Made by a program: the position numbers and the translations under genes
The notes under the pieces: model-generated
What the model saw: the letters and a program-made list of their open reading frames with translations, nothing else
Databases searched by the model: none
What the model was told of the DNA's origin: nothing
From: a virus
IMG/VR virus record: IMGVR_UViG_3300029908_000007
Coordinates: 1-64,000 of that record
Length of the DNA: 64,000 bases
Direction: 5' to 3' (one strand)
Shown: positions 27,972-37,269 of the stretch, piece after piece
Layout: each line of letters starts with the position of its first letter
Numbering within the stretch: position 1 is the stretch's first letter

Positions 27972-28442
27972 TTATACGCCCTTAGTAGGCCAGTACAATT
28001 GGTCAAGGCTAGCCGTAGGAGCAGCAAGCGAAGCCAAAGCAGCAGCAGGAGTAACGGCAGTTCCGTTAGCAATTGGAGCTAGGTTGTATGCGATACCGAA
28101 TGGGAAAAGTTCCCATTTGATCGTGTCGAGATCGGCAGCGGCGGGAATTGGATATCCGCCAGAAGTCAGCTCATAAGAGAGTGAAGACGTCGAAGGCGTA
28201 TAAGCAAGTTCTGCGTTTCCGAAAATGTCGTTGCTAACCATTGGAATTTGTTGCAAATATACAAGAGCAACAGGGCTACCTTCCGTAACGGTTCCGTTAT
28301 GGGACAAAGTAAGAATCTGTCCACCTTGCGAATCCGAAGCATAGGTGACAGTGTTAAGTCCAGAGTTGTTTTGTAAACGAATTGCAAGTCTGTTGCCAAG
28401 ATCGCGGGCGACGGCTTGAATTTTTTGTGGTGATAGGATCAT
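27972..28442 (-). CDS. Hypothetical head-associated protein
   Basis: AAGGAG RBS; first gene of the capsid operon. Confidence 0.6.
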   Translation of the reverse strand: MILSPQKIQAVARDLGNRLAIRLQNNSGLNTVTYASDSQGGQILTLSHNGTVTEGSPVALVYLQQIPMVSNDIFGNAELAYTPSTSSLSYELTSGGYPIPAAADLDTIKWELFPFGIAYNLAPIANGTAVTPAAALASLAAPTASLDQLYWPTKGV

Positions 28443-28642
28443 AATAAATCTCCTTTAAAAAAGTTAGCCCACATGGGGGCATAAATACGCGTATCTACAG
28501 TTAAACATTGTTCTTAATATAGAAAACACTGCAATTTCAATAAGTTAATTAAAATAAAAAGCTTGACTTCTTTAATAGTTATGATATAACTTACATAGAA
28601 CGGTAATCTTTAATTAGGATTACCAGAAAATAGGAGCTATGT

Positions 28643-29269
28643 ATGAGAGGCCACAATTTATTAGGCAAAACGTTTGGAAAGCTAACAGCAGTAGAAAGAA
28701 TTGTGCGCGAAAATCCCGAAAAGGGGGAGCAAAGAAGTCGATGGCTTTTTAATTGTGAATGCGGGAGTACTAGAATATCCAAAGCAAGTGCTGTGGTTAA
28801 GGGCTTTATTAAAAGTTGTAAAGAATGTACCGCTAAAGAATACAAAAGTGCTCAAGGAGCACGCGGAAGAAATAAGAAATTTGAACCAAAAGAAGCTTCA
28901 TTCAGAGCAAAGGCTTCTAACGTCAAAGCTCACGCTAAAATTAGAAACATCCCATGGGCTTTGACTTTAGAGCAAACTTCCGAAATATTAAAAATGGATT
29001 GTCATTATTGTGGATGTGGGCCCTCCAATCCTTACAATACTTTTAAAAATAGGAGTTGGAAACAGTCTCTTAAATATCCCAAAGAAAATGTTTTGGAGAA
29101 AGGTGAAATATTGTATAACGGTGTTGATAGGTTAGATAGTGATATTGGTTACACACCCGAAAATTCGGTCCCATGTTGTACTTTTTGCAATGTCGCTAAA
29201 AATGATAGACCTGTAGAAGAATTTCTAATTTGGCTGGATAAATTAGTTAAATTTAGGAGCAAAATATGA
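28643..29269 (+). CDS. HNH-type homing endonuclease
   Basis: GKTFGKLTAVER/CECG N-terminal module; CHYCG...NGVDRLDSDIGY...N.VPCCTFCN. Confidence 0.85.
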   Translation: MRGHNLLGKTFGKLTAVERIVRENPEKGEQRSRWLFNCECGSTRISKASAVVKGFIKSCKECTAKEYKSAQGARGRNKKFEPKEASFRAKASNVKAHAKIRNIPWALTLEQTSEILKMDCHYCGCGPSNPYNTFKNRSWKQSLKYPKENVLEKGEILYNGVDRLDSDIGYTPENSVPCCTFCNVAKNDRPVEEFLIWLDKLVKFRSKI

Positions 29270-29928
29270 AACTGACTCTTATTTCCGACACCCACTGCCG
29301 CTTAAGAAAAATTATCGTACCCGAAAGCGATCTTCTTTTGCATGCCGGAGATCTCACCTTCCAGGGCAACGTTCAAGAGATCTCCCAAGAACTTCGAGAA
29401 CTTGGCCGTATCGCCAAGAATTTTAAACACGGCTGTATCCTAACTCCAGGTAATCATGACCGACTTTTTGAAAACAACTGGGCTCTTGCAAAACAAATGT
29501 GCGAGGATGAGGGCATAAAAGTTCTTCATCAAGAAGGAATTGAGGTAGAAGGCCTGAAAATATGGGCATCGGCTAACTCTCCGGCGTTCTGTAATTGGGC
29601 TTTTAATGTCGATCGTCTAGAGATAGCCAAGTATTGGGCGGAAATTCCCGACGACACCCACGTCCTTATAACACACGGACCCCCAATGGGTATTCTAGAT
29701 GGAGTCGAACGTTTTAATGGGAAATTATGCGAATTCGAAATCGAACATGTCGGTTGTTATGCCCTAAAAGAAAGGATTTCGGAGTTAAAACAACTTAAGC
29801 TCCACGTCTTTGGCCATATTCACGGAGGATATGGAAAACTCCAAGTAGGCGATATTACTTATGTAAACGCATCAAATTGCACAGAACAATATAGACCAAC
29901 CAATCCTCCAATCATAGTAGAGTTATAA
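29266..29928 (+). CDS. Calcineurin-like metallophosphoesterase (MPPED/239FB-like)
   Basis: ISDTH, HAGD, GNHD, THGPP, FGHIH motifs. Confidence 0.9.
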   Translation: MKLTLISDTHCRLRKIIVPESDLLLHAGDLTFQGNVQEISQELRELGRIAKNFKHGCILTPGNHDRLFENNWALAKQMCEDEGIKVLHQEGIEVEGLKIWASANSPAFCNWAFNVDRLEIAKYWAEIPDDTHVLITHGPPMGILDGVERFNGKLCEFEIEHVGCYALKERISELKQLKLHVFGHIHGGYGKLQVGDITYVNASNCTEQYRPTNPPIIVEL

Positions 29929-29996
29929 GCGAATTAATCTTTACATTGAATATTCCCCAACCAACGTTGGGTTCAACTTTAAAGGAGATTTTTAAA

Positions 29997-30473
29997 ATGG
30001 CAACTCAACAGACGCCTTCACTTTCGCAAAATACCAAAACCAGGATCGTAGAAGCTGTTACCGCTGTACAACAGGGTAATGAAATCATCGGATCTCTCGG
30101 CCTTATGGGCGGAGCTAGAATTAATGCCAGTGCTGACACCGTAGCTTATTCTACTGGAGACGTATCGATCGCATTGGATTCCGGTGGCGCCCCATGTACC
30201 TACAGAATCACCTTCCCAGCTACCAATTCACAGATTACCGGCATCAATTGGTTCGAAGTAAAAGGATTCACTCCTCGTGCGCCAAGTGCAGTCGAAACCC
30301 TTGATACGCTGGTTTGTGGATATAACTATGATACCACGCTTAATCAATGGTACATTACGGTTCAAATCGTAACCTATGGAACCGGAGCCGCAGTGTCGAC
30401 CGTAACCTCAGCGGGTTATGTTATCGGTGTACGCGCCGCTGTTTCTTTGAACGCTAACGCAAATCGCCCGTAA
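29997..30473 (+). CDS. Hypothetical virion (decoration-like) protein
   Basis: AAGGAG RBS, AATCTTTA motif upstream, terminator downstream. Confidence 0.65.
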   Translation: MATQQTPSLSQNTKTRIVEAVTAVQQGNEIIGSLGLMGGARINASADTVAYSTGDVSIALDSGGAPCTYRITFPATNSQITGINWFEVKGFTPRAPSAVETLDTLVCGYNYDTTLNQWYITVQIVTYGTGAAVSTVTSAGYVIGVRAAVSLNANANRP

Positions 30474-30497
30474 TTAGTTCTACAAGCTAAAATTTGA

Positions 30498-30529
30498 GGG
30501 GTGTCCGATTTATTTCGGGCACCCTTTTT
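30498..30529 (+). terminator. Intrinsic terminator
   Basis: GGGTGTCCGA-loop-TCGGGCACCC followed by TTTTT. Confidence 0.8.
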
Positions 30530-31211
30530 ATTTTTCGTAAGTCGCAGGAATAGAATCTAGCAAAGCGTAAAAATCTTCTATAGTTCCTTTATTGGGAATG
30601 GACAAGTCATGCGGGAAATCTACGAGATCGAGTTCTGAAGGATCCGAAGAAGGCGAGCTGTCGAATCTATTGATCCTGGCCGTCGTTAGTTTGGATCCAA
30701 ACGCCTCTCTTAGCTGATTTACCTCGCTTTTGTAGCGCATATCAGTAATGACGACATTCTTGGTTTGCAGACCCGCTTTTACCAAAGCCTGCTTTACCCA
30801 ATGCGCGGAATCCACACTGCGCATCGTAGATCCATGCAAGATGGCAAGGGCGCGGGGTGTCCAAAAAAGGTCTTCGTAGATCGGCTTTCCATTGGCGTCT
30901 TGAACCAAACCTTGATTTACGGTGGTAAAGAAAACCTGTGAGGTCTTTCCTTCTTTGGTTCGGAATTCCTTAACCAGGAAATTAGCGATCATCTTGGAGT
31001 AAGCGTCTTGGGGTTTGACTGGATAGTTTAAGAGAGGCGCTTCTTTGAAATTGGGATCATCTAAACTGTCTCTGGGAATGCCAAACATCTCCGCCGCGAT
31101 ATCTTTCAGGGGATCGGCGAATGCGACACGGACGAAATCGTGGTTTTTGACCAGGTAATCTGCGGCCAAATCTTTTCCGCTTCCCTTGAAAGCGCTGAGA
31201 GCTAAAATCAT
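30528..31211 (-). CDS. Deoxynucleoside monophosphate kinase
   Basis: GSGKD P-loop, FADPLK, TPR, ITDMRY.SE, SE. Confidence 0.9.
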   Translation of the reverse strand: MILALSAFKGSGKDLAADYLVKNHDFVRVAFADPLKDIAAEMFGIPRDSLDDPNFKEAPLLNYPVKPQDAYSKMIANFLVKEFRTKEGKTSQVFFTTVNQGLVQDANGKPIYEDLFWTPRALAILHGSTMRSVDSAHWVKQALVKAGLQTKNVVITDMRYKSEVNQLREAFGSKLTTARINRFDSSPSSDPSELDLVDFPHDLSIPNKGTIEDFYALLDSIPATYEK

Positions 31212-31387
31212 ACTATCTCCTTTTTAAGATTTACTGCGGTTTCAATTTGTACGTAGATCTTCTCTACGAGTTCTTTATTTCGAGCTTCGCATCCAACACA
31301 GCAGGTTAGATCGGGTAACATCTTAAAAGCCAGGAATGAGGATTCAATAATCTGCTCTAATTTTGCGATTTTCTCTTGATCAGTCAT
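31208..31387 (-). CDS. Small hypothetical protein (59 aa)
   Basis: MTDQEKIAKLEQ...CCVGC...; ATGA overlaps at both ends. Confidence 0.6.
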   Translation of the reverse strand: MTDQEKIAKLEQIIESSFLAFKMLPDLTCCVGCEARNKELVEKIYVQIETAVNLKKEIV

Positions 31388-31587
31388 TTGCGCCTGAGTC
31401 CGAAGATTTTCATAAGGCCGTCAACCCAACTGGGATGATTTTCTTTTTTAGCCTGCTCAATGATTTCTTGCTCAAGGGCTGTGTACTCTTTTATGATATT
31501 TTCATAGGTTAAACCAATGAGGCTATCTGGTTTCGCCTTCTTTTTCCCCTTCTTATGGCTTTTCTTCGTTTTCTTCTTAGTTTTCAT
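31384..31587 (-). CDS. Small basic protein
   Basis: Lys-rich N-terminus. Confidence 0.55.
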   Translation of the reverse strand: MKTKKKTKKSHKKGKKKAKPDSLIGLTYENIIKEYTALEQEIIEQAKKENHPSWVDGLMKIFGLRRK

Positions 31588-31679
31588 GTAGTTACCCCAA
31601 TTCTGGCTTAAAAGATCAATCTTTACATCAAAAGCTTATCCTATTTGGGAGGCTTTGTCAAGACAATTAAGGGGAACTT

Positions 31680-32108
31680 ATGCCCAGGCTGAGTGCAAAA
31701 CCAATCATAAACTTTCAGAATATTAACAGTTTTAAATACGCCAATCAATGGACAGTTCAGGCAGGAAACTCTAGTACTCTCTATTTCCAACTCGTGGATT
31801 TGGATCAATGCAATCTCAGGTACTTAGCCGGAATCGGAACCAGCAATCAACCCGCTGCGGTTAGGGTGTTCTTTCCGTCAATTGACTGTAGTCAGGTTTT
31901 AATGCTTCTGGCCGTACAGAACCCAAACGATGAGAGTGTTTGGAGTGTTGTGATCCCCAGCACGAATACGCCCCAAACCGGGGCTGTGAAGTTTGTACTA
32001 TTTGAGGGTAACACCCAGACCAATTTCCAGGTGCAACAGATGTTGGTTGTAGAATACTTGGCTGATGGTTCTGATCCAAACCTGCCAGATAATACGTTTT
32101 TCTTTTAA
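31680..32108 (+). CDS. Hypothetical virion protein
   Basis: AAGGGG RBS; AATCTTTA motif upstream. Confidence 0.65.
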   Translation: MPRLSAKPIINFQNINSFKYANQWTVQAGNSSTLYFQLVDLDQCNLRYLAGIGTSNQPAAVRVFFPSIDCSQVLMLLAVQNPNDESVWSVVIPSTNTPQTGAVKFVLFEGNTQTNFQVQQMLVVEYLADGSDPNLPDNTFFF

Positions 32109-32152
32109 ATTTAGTTGACAAAACAAAAGGTTATGTGATATATTAAGGGTGT

Positions 32153-33160
32153 ATGAGGAAGAATTGGGACTATCCAGACGAAATAATTCAACTAGCCCTG
32201 AAACACGGGAGTATGACGGATTTTATCAAAAATAGCGCCGGAGCATGGCAGGCCGCGAAACGCTTTGGCATAGACAAAAAGATCAAATCTCTTATGCCTG
32301 TAAAAAAGAGAGGCGCTTACACTTACGAAGAATTAAAAGAATTTGCTCTTTCGTGCGGAACTAGAGGAGAATTTAAAAAGAAATCTCCGTCTAAGTATAA
32401 CGCAGCTCGTGATATGGAAATTTTAGACGAAATTTGTTCTCACATGCCTCCTCCAAAAACGGAGGCTTACACGTATGAGGAATTAGAAGCTCTAGTAAAA
32501 ACTTGCTCTTCTAATCAGGAATTTAGAGATAAATATCCTGGGGCCTATACTGTTGCTTGTAGCAGAAAAGTGTTAAAAAAACTGTGTAAAGATTTTCCAG
32601 AAGCTAAAAATAAGAAACATACAAGAGAAGAAGTGGTAGCATTTTTTGGTAAAGATGGATACGAAGTAGTTAGCGAAAAATATGTAAACGCCAACACTCG
32701 TCTAGAAACCATTTGTCCGGCTGGCCACACTTATTTTGTTAGATATGGCGATTTCTATACTGGTTATAGATGCGCCGATTGCGTACTTAATAATGTCTCT
32801 AAAATGGAGTTGGAACTTCTAGAAGCTCTTAGAAAATACGTTCCAGAATTAAAAAGAAAAAAGTTTAAGGTTACCGTTCTGAATAAATCCCATATTAAAG
32901 CTTTTGAAGTTGATATGTATGACTCAGAAAAGAAAATTGGAATTGAATTTGATGGAGAATACTATCATTCTTTTGAGTACATGAGAAGCGATAAAAAGAA
33001 AAAGAAATGGTCCGATGAAGATATTCGAAATTATCATGAAATTAAGGATAGCGCTTTAATGGACTGTCACGGTATTTTGGTATTACACATTAAAGAAGAA
33101 GAGTGGAAAGTCGACAAACAAGCTTGTATCAACAAAGCTTTAAGGTTTCTAGGAGTATAA
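32153..33160 (+). CDS. PD-(D/E)xK/Vsr-like homing endonuclease with N-terminal helical repeats
   Basis: YTYEEL..A...EF...P..Y repeats, CPAGH/CADC, FEVDMY...IGIEFDGEYYH; own TTGACA promoter at 32115. Confidence 0.8.
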   Translation: MRKNWDYPDEIIQLALKHGSMTDFIKNSAGAWQAAKRFGIDKKIKSLMPVKKRGAYTYEELKEFALSCGTRGEFKKKSPSKYNAARDMEILDEICSHMPPPKTEAYTYEELEALVKTCSSNQEFRDKYPGAYTVACSRKVLKKLCKDFPEAKNKKHTREEVVAFFGKDGYEVVSEKYVNANTRLETICPAGHTYFVRYGDFYTGYRCADCVLNNVSKMELELLEALRKYVPELKRKKFKVTVLNKSHIKAFEVDMYDSEKKIGIEFDGEYYHSFEYMRSDKKKKKWSDEDIRNYHEIKDSALMDCHGILVLHIKEEEWKVDKQACINKALRFLGV

Positions 33161-33161
33161 A

Positions 33162-34016
33162 ATGGCAGATTTCTCAGCCTCAAGGACATTTCAAACCGCG
33201 CAATACCCCGTACACGCATCCCAAACTTCTGGATTGCTTAAGCGCGTAGAACCATTTCTAACTCCCGAACTTTTTATAAACAGATTTCTTTTGGGAGTCC
33301 CTCTTAAATTTGCAAACGGACAGTCATTTACCGATGAGATTATAAAAGATCGTATCATGCTCGCAATGAACGAATCAGAAGCGCAAATCGGAACCACAAT
33401 CACAAGAGAAGAGTTTAAGGATAAACTAGGATTTGACGCCAATTTATACCGCAGCTTTATACATTTAAAGCCACGGCATTCTCCAATTATAAGCATTGAA
33501 AGTTTAGCTATTGTTGCGAGCAATGACGAAGTTATTTTTGTTGTACCTAGTATGTGGATAGAGCTATCTTCTTTATCAATGGGTTACATTAACGTCGTCC
33601 CACTTTTAGCTGCTTTTGGAAGTTTTTCTGTCACCGGTTCACCAATCACAGCAACGAATCAGGGGGCGGGCGTTGCTTTCCTGGCCCTGTGGGGACAAAA
33701 TGGCTCATCGCAACACGTCCCAGGATATTGGCAACTTAATTACAGTGCAGGTCTTTCAAATCGCGAAGGACACGTTCCGACTATCGTCAATCAACTCATC
33801 GGAACAAATGCGGCCATCAACATTCTCAGCCAAATAGCACAATCTTTTACAACTACTTCTCAAACATTGAGTCAAGATGGAATTTCACAAAGCAGTTCGG
33901 GTTTGGGTCCTCGCACCTACGCACTTCGCCTCGAAGAACTCACAAAGAACAGGGATGAACTTATAAAGAAAATCAAGGGAATCTTCGCTAAATCCTATGT
34001 AATCGGAGAATACTAA
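33162..34016 (+). CDS. Head-tail adaptor/neck protein
   Basis: AMNESEAQIG...PIISIESL...LNYSAG...SQDGISQS pattern of myophage adaptors. Confidence 0.6.
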   Translation: MADFSASRTFQTAQYPVHASQTSGLLKRVEPFLTPELFINRFLLGVPLKFANGQSFTDEIIKDRIMLAMNESEAQIGTTITREEFKDKLGFDANLYRSFIHLKPRHSPIISIESLAIVASNDEVIFVVPSMWIELSSLSMGYINVVPLLAAFGSFSVTGSPITATNQGAGVAFLALWGQNGSSQHVPGYWQLNYSAGLSNREGHVPTIVNQLIGTNAAINILSQIAQSFTTTSQTLSQDGISQSSSGLGPRTYALRLEELTKNRDELIKKIKGIFAKSYVIGEY

Positions 34017-35243
34017 ATGTCCTTGCTTAAGCATCTCCGCAAAGCTCTTACCGAAGAGTACTCGCTGAAGAAAGCTGAGGATCCCGTTGCCTACGCTAAG
34101 ACCGCTTCCACTGGTTTCATTCTTGCTCACCCTGTAAAGATCAACGGCGAAAGTCACAGAAAAGATAATGGTATCGATTACCATTCCACTGTAAAATTCT
34201 TCGATAAAGAAAAAGACAACCACGACGACGCCCACAAAACCGCTTCCCAATTAGACCTCACCCCACCCGATCCCAAAGAAACCCATATCGGCACCAATGT
34301 GATTAAAGATCGCATGGGTAACGACGTATACGCGATAACTTTGCATGGCAAGCACGCCGACAAGCTCAAAGAGAATCATAAAAAGTTCGATCACATGGGT
34401 CACAAAGAAAACTATGACTGGAACGCCCACATCAGTGTGCCTAAAGCCGTACACGATGAAATCAAAGCCAGCGGCCATAAGACCGCGCATGAAGCCGGAA
34501 TTGAATTCGGGCCAGCACAGCTGAAGCGTGGCAAAGAAGTTATTCATACTTATAAATTAAAAGAGCCGATGAAAAAGTCCGAAGGCGACGCTCCCTCAAC
34601 CGTCAAGCCTCCTGTCAAAATCAATCCCGAACACGGTAAGGCCATAGCAGATGCCTACGAGGGTATGAAACACGAGCCCAATAGCCCACACGTCAAAGCC
34701 GCCTACGATGCTTTGACCAACGAGACCGGCAAACAATTCAAAGACATCATGGGATCCGGACTTAAGATCTCGCAAATCAAACCCGGTCAAGCCAATCCCT
34801 ACAAAAGTTCCAAAGAAATGCATAACGACATCAAGAATAACAAACATCTGTGGTACTTCCCAACCGAACAGGGCTTTGGTAGTGGTGGGCAAGCTTCGGA
34901 CCACCCAATGTTGGGCCCCAGCGGTTTCAAACACGACGGCAAGTCTTTGGTACACAACGACATCTTTAGAATCGTTCACGACATCAACGGCCATCACGCC
35001 GGTGGAGAAACCGGATTTGGGCCAACCGGGGAGCACCAAGCCTATCTCACCCATAAGAAAATGTATAGCCCTCTAGCGGGAAAAGCATTGGCTACAGAAA
35101 CTATGGGACAAAATAATTGGGTGAATTTTGGTCCTCACGGAGAAAACAATAGAAAAAATCCAGCCCAGACAAAGTTTGCGGATCAAAAAGCGGGATTGTT
35201 ACCAGAACACATTACCAATGGAGACTGGCACAATGCATCATAA
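34017..35243 (+). CDS. Two-domain protein: Acb1-like 2H phosphodiesterase plus HDxxGH (zincin-like) domain
   Basis: YHSTV (H56) and AHISV (H138) 2H motifs; after MKKSE, NDIFRIVHDINGH...GEHQAY...TETMGQN. Confidence 0.7.
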   Translation: MSLLKHLRKALTEEYSLKKAEDPVAYAKTASTGFILAHPVKINGESHRKDNGIDYHSTVKFFDKEKDNHDDAHKTASQLDLTPPDPKETHIGTNVIKDRMGNDVYAITLHGKHADKLKENHKKFDHMGHKENYDWNAHISVPKAVHDEIKASGHKTAHEAGIEFGPAQLKRGKEVIHTYKLKEPMKKSEGDAPSTVKPPVKINPEHGKAIADAYEGMKHEPNSPHVKAAYDALTNETGKQFKDIMGSGLKISQIKPGQANPYKSSKEMHNDIKNNKHLWYFPTEQGFGSGGQASDHPMLGPSGFKHDGKSLVHNDIFRIVHDINGHHAGGETGFGPTGEHQAYLTHKKMYSPLAGKALATETMGQNNWVNFGPHGENNRKNPAQTKFADQKAGLLPEHITNGDWHNAS

Positions 35244-36426
35244 TCAGTGGAAGAAAGAATTTGAAGATTCCGTGGAACCATCTTTACGTAAAGCCGAAGA
35301 TCTCCATCTAGTCCACTATTCCCCCCAAGCCGGTCTCAAATACATCGACCCAAAGTTCAGCGGAACCGGCGTCGACAGCAGAACCAAAGGCCGCAGCACC
35401 GAACACCCACACTCCTTCTATTATAGGCATGGAACCGAACCCGAAGAAGTGGTAACCGGTAGAGCTGCTAACAAATACCACGTTAAAATCGGCGCCGACA
35501 AACCCATTTACGATATTGGTAAAGATCCTAAGGGCTTGGTCAGACAAGCCATCGAGGAAAATCAAGGTATTACTAATATGGATACCGTACACTCCAAAAT
35601 CAAAGAACACGGCTTCCATGGATTCCATAATAGCGGGCACCCCAGTCTTTCCAATGTAGTGGCTATGTATCACCCGCAGCCGGTTCAGAACGACAGCATG
35701 CAGAAATCCGAAATCCAACCCCTTCTAAAACCCTGGTCCAGCCAAGCTCAAGCCGCATGGGGTCATTCACCTGAAGGTAAAGCCGCGCTTGGTGGAGAAG
35801 CCGCTGTGAAGGAATGGGATAACGCTACCAAAGGCAAGCATCTGCCAAAGCATGTTAAAAAGAACGAATCCCTCGAAAAAGGCGCACTCAAAAATCTCCT
35901 AACCGCTGGAACCATGGGCGCTGCTTTGGCCTCCGCTGTTCCCTCAGAAGCCCACGCGCCCAATCACGAACCCCTACATCCCCAAGCCGGTGCTCACCCA
36001 ACTACGGGCTACGATCGAAAAAAGATGTTAGACGCTATTTCACAAGTTGAGAGTAGCGGCGGAAAAAATACCGTGCACAAGCCAACCTCCATGGGCCGAG
36101 CATATGGCCGATTTGCCGAAATGCCCGACATGATCCACGACACTATTCGCCTCAACCCCGATCTGAAACGCCAGCATCAAAAAGCCCTAAATCTTCAGGG
36201 TGACGATCTCCACCGTTACATGCAGGACAACCCAAAGTTAGAAGAGCAGATCGCCGATAAACATCTTTCCAGACTCGAACACCATTTCGGCCAGAATCCC
36301 AGCCTAATAGCGTTTTCTTGGAACCAAGGTGTCACAGGTACGAATCGCGCCTTAAATCAAAAACACGACATTTCCTCGCACCCATATGTGCAGAAATTTA
36401 AACACGCCTACGAAGGCAAGGAGTAA
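35233..36426 (+). CDS. Multidomain protein: ART-like domain, small PWSSQAQ module and lytic transglycosylase (SLT/lysozyme-like)
   Basis: GGAG RBS before ATG 35233; LVHYS...SFYY...GFHG; ISQVESSGG...AYG...SWNQG. Confidence 0.65.
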   Translation: MHHNQWKKEFEDSVEPSLRKAEDLHLVHYSPQAGLKYIDPKFSGTGVDSRTKGRSTEHPHSFYYRHGTEPEEVVTGRAANKYHVKIGADKPIYDIGKDPKGLVRQAIEENQGITNMDTVHSKIKEHGFHGFHNSGHPSLSNVVAMYHPQPVQNDSMQKSEIQPLLKPWSSQAQAAWGHSPEGKAALGGEAAVKEWDNATKGKHLPKHVKKNESLEKGALKNLLTAGTMGAALASAVPSEAHAPNHEPLHPQAGAHPTTGYDRKKMLDAISQVESSGGKNTVHKPTSMGRAYGRFAEMPDMIHDTIRLNPDLKRQHQKALNLQGDDLHRYMQDNPKLEEQIADKHLSRLEHHFGQNPSLIAFSWNQGVTGTNRALNQKHDISSHPYVQKFKHAYEGKE

Positions 36427-36428
36427 TT

Positions 36429-36920
36429 ATGTCAATGAATATTCGCCCCGAAGATATTGATACCATTGAAGACGCAGGTATTTTAGATGGACAACCGGTT
36501 AAACTCATCAGAACCCGTGGTGGATTTTGGATGAGCATTATCAACGGCAAAGTCGTTGCAGGCGGATCTCACCCAGCGATCGTTAAGCACAGTGTGTCTA
36601 AGATGTTCCCTAACTTCCAAGCCGCTCTCTGCAAAAGTGAAAACGCTGGCATGGACGCCATCGTTGACAAACACTCACACTTCTTATCTGACGATCTGCG
36701 TAAAAGTGGTCACGACATCTACAGTATCCAAGAAAACGACGCCATCGAATTCCAAGTCACCAAGCACAACATCAAAGTTGCTGGTATTAACGGTTCCATG
36801 GTTGAGGGCTCCCTATCTTTGGAAGCCATCGACTTCCCCGAAGAGTTCAAAAAATCTCTAGCTGCGGCTACAACCGAAAAAGCTCTCTCTGTTAAAGCTA
36901 AAACCATCCGGATCAAATAA
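36429..36920 (+). CDS. Hypothetical head-associated protein
   Basis: AAGGAG RBS; LCKSE motif splits it into two halves. Confidence 0.65.
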   Translation: MSMNIRPEDIDTIEDAGILDGQPVKLIRTRGGFWMSIINGKVVAGGSHPAIVKHSVSKMFPNFQAALCKSENAGMDAIVDKHSHFLSDDLRKSGHDIYSIQENDAIEFQVTKHNIKVAGINGSMVEGSLSLEAIDFPEEFKKSLAAATTEKALSVKAKTIRIK

Positions 36921-36921
36921 T

Positions 36922-37269
36922 ATGTGCGTAGAACTTGTTAAGAGTGAAACCCAAGTCAGTTTTAAACCCGAACTTCCTCTAGAAGAGCAAATCTGTGGAT
37001 GCCAGGAAGCTATTATTGACTGCGAACCCGATTGCCCGAAGGTACTGAAGTTCTTGGCCGAAGTCGAAAAGGCCTGCCAATATGGGAAATCGTTGGGAAT
37101 CAAACTTAGCCTAGTTGATACACACAACTTCGGATTGTTTAAAAAAGTTAAGGATTTAAACCAAGCCATCGCTACTTCTGATATAATACATCAGATAGTT
37201 TTGTTTCACGACAAAGCCGATCGTAGACTAGAAGAGATTGCTAACATGTGTAGGAAACCGAATGAATAA
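36922..37269 (+). CDS. Hypothetical protein
   Basis: Operon packing. Confidence 0.6.
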   Translation: MCVELVKSETQVSFKPELPLEEQICGCQEAIIDCEPDCPKVLKFLAEVEKACQYGKSLGIKLSLVDTHNFGLFKKVKDLNQAIATSDIIHQIVLFHDKADRRLEEIANMCRKPNE

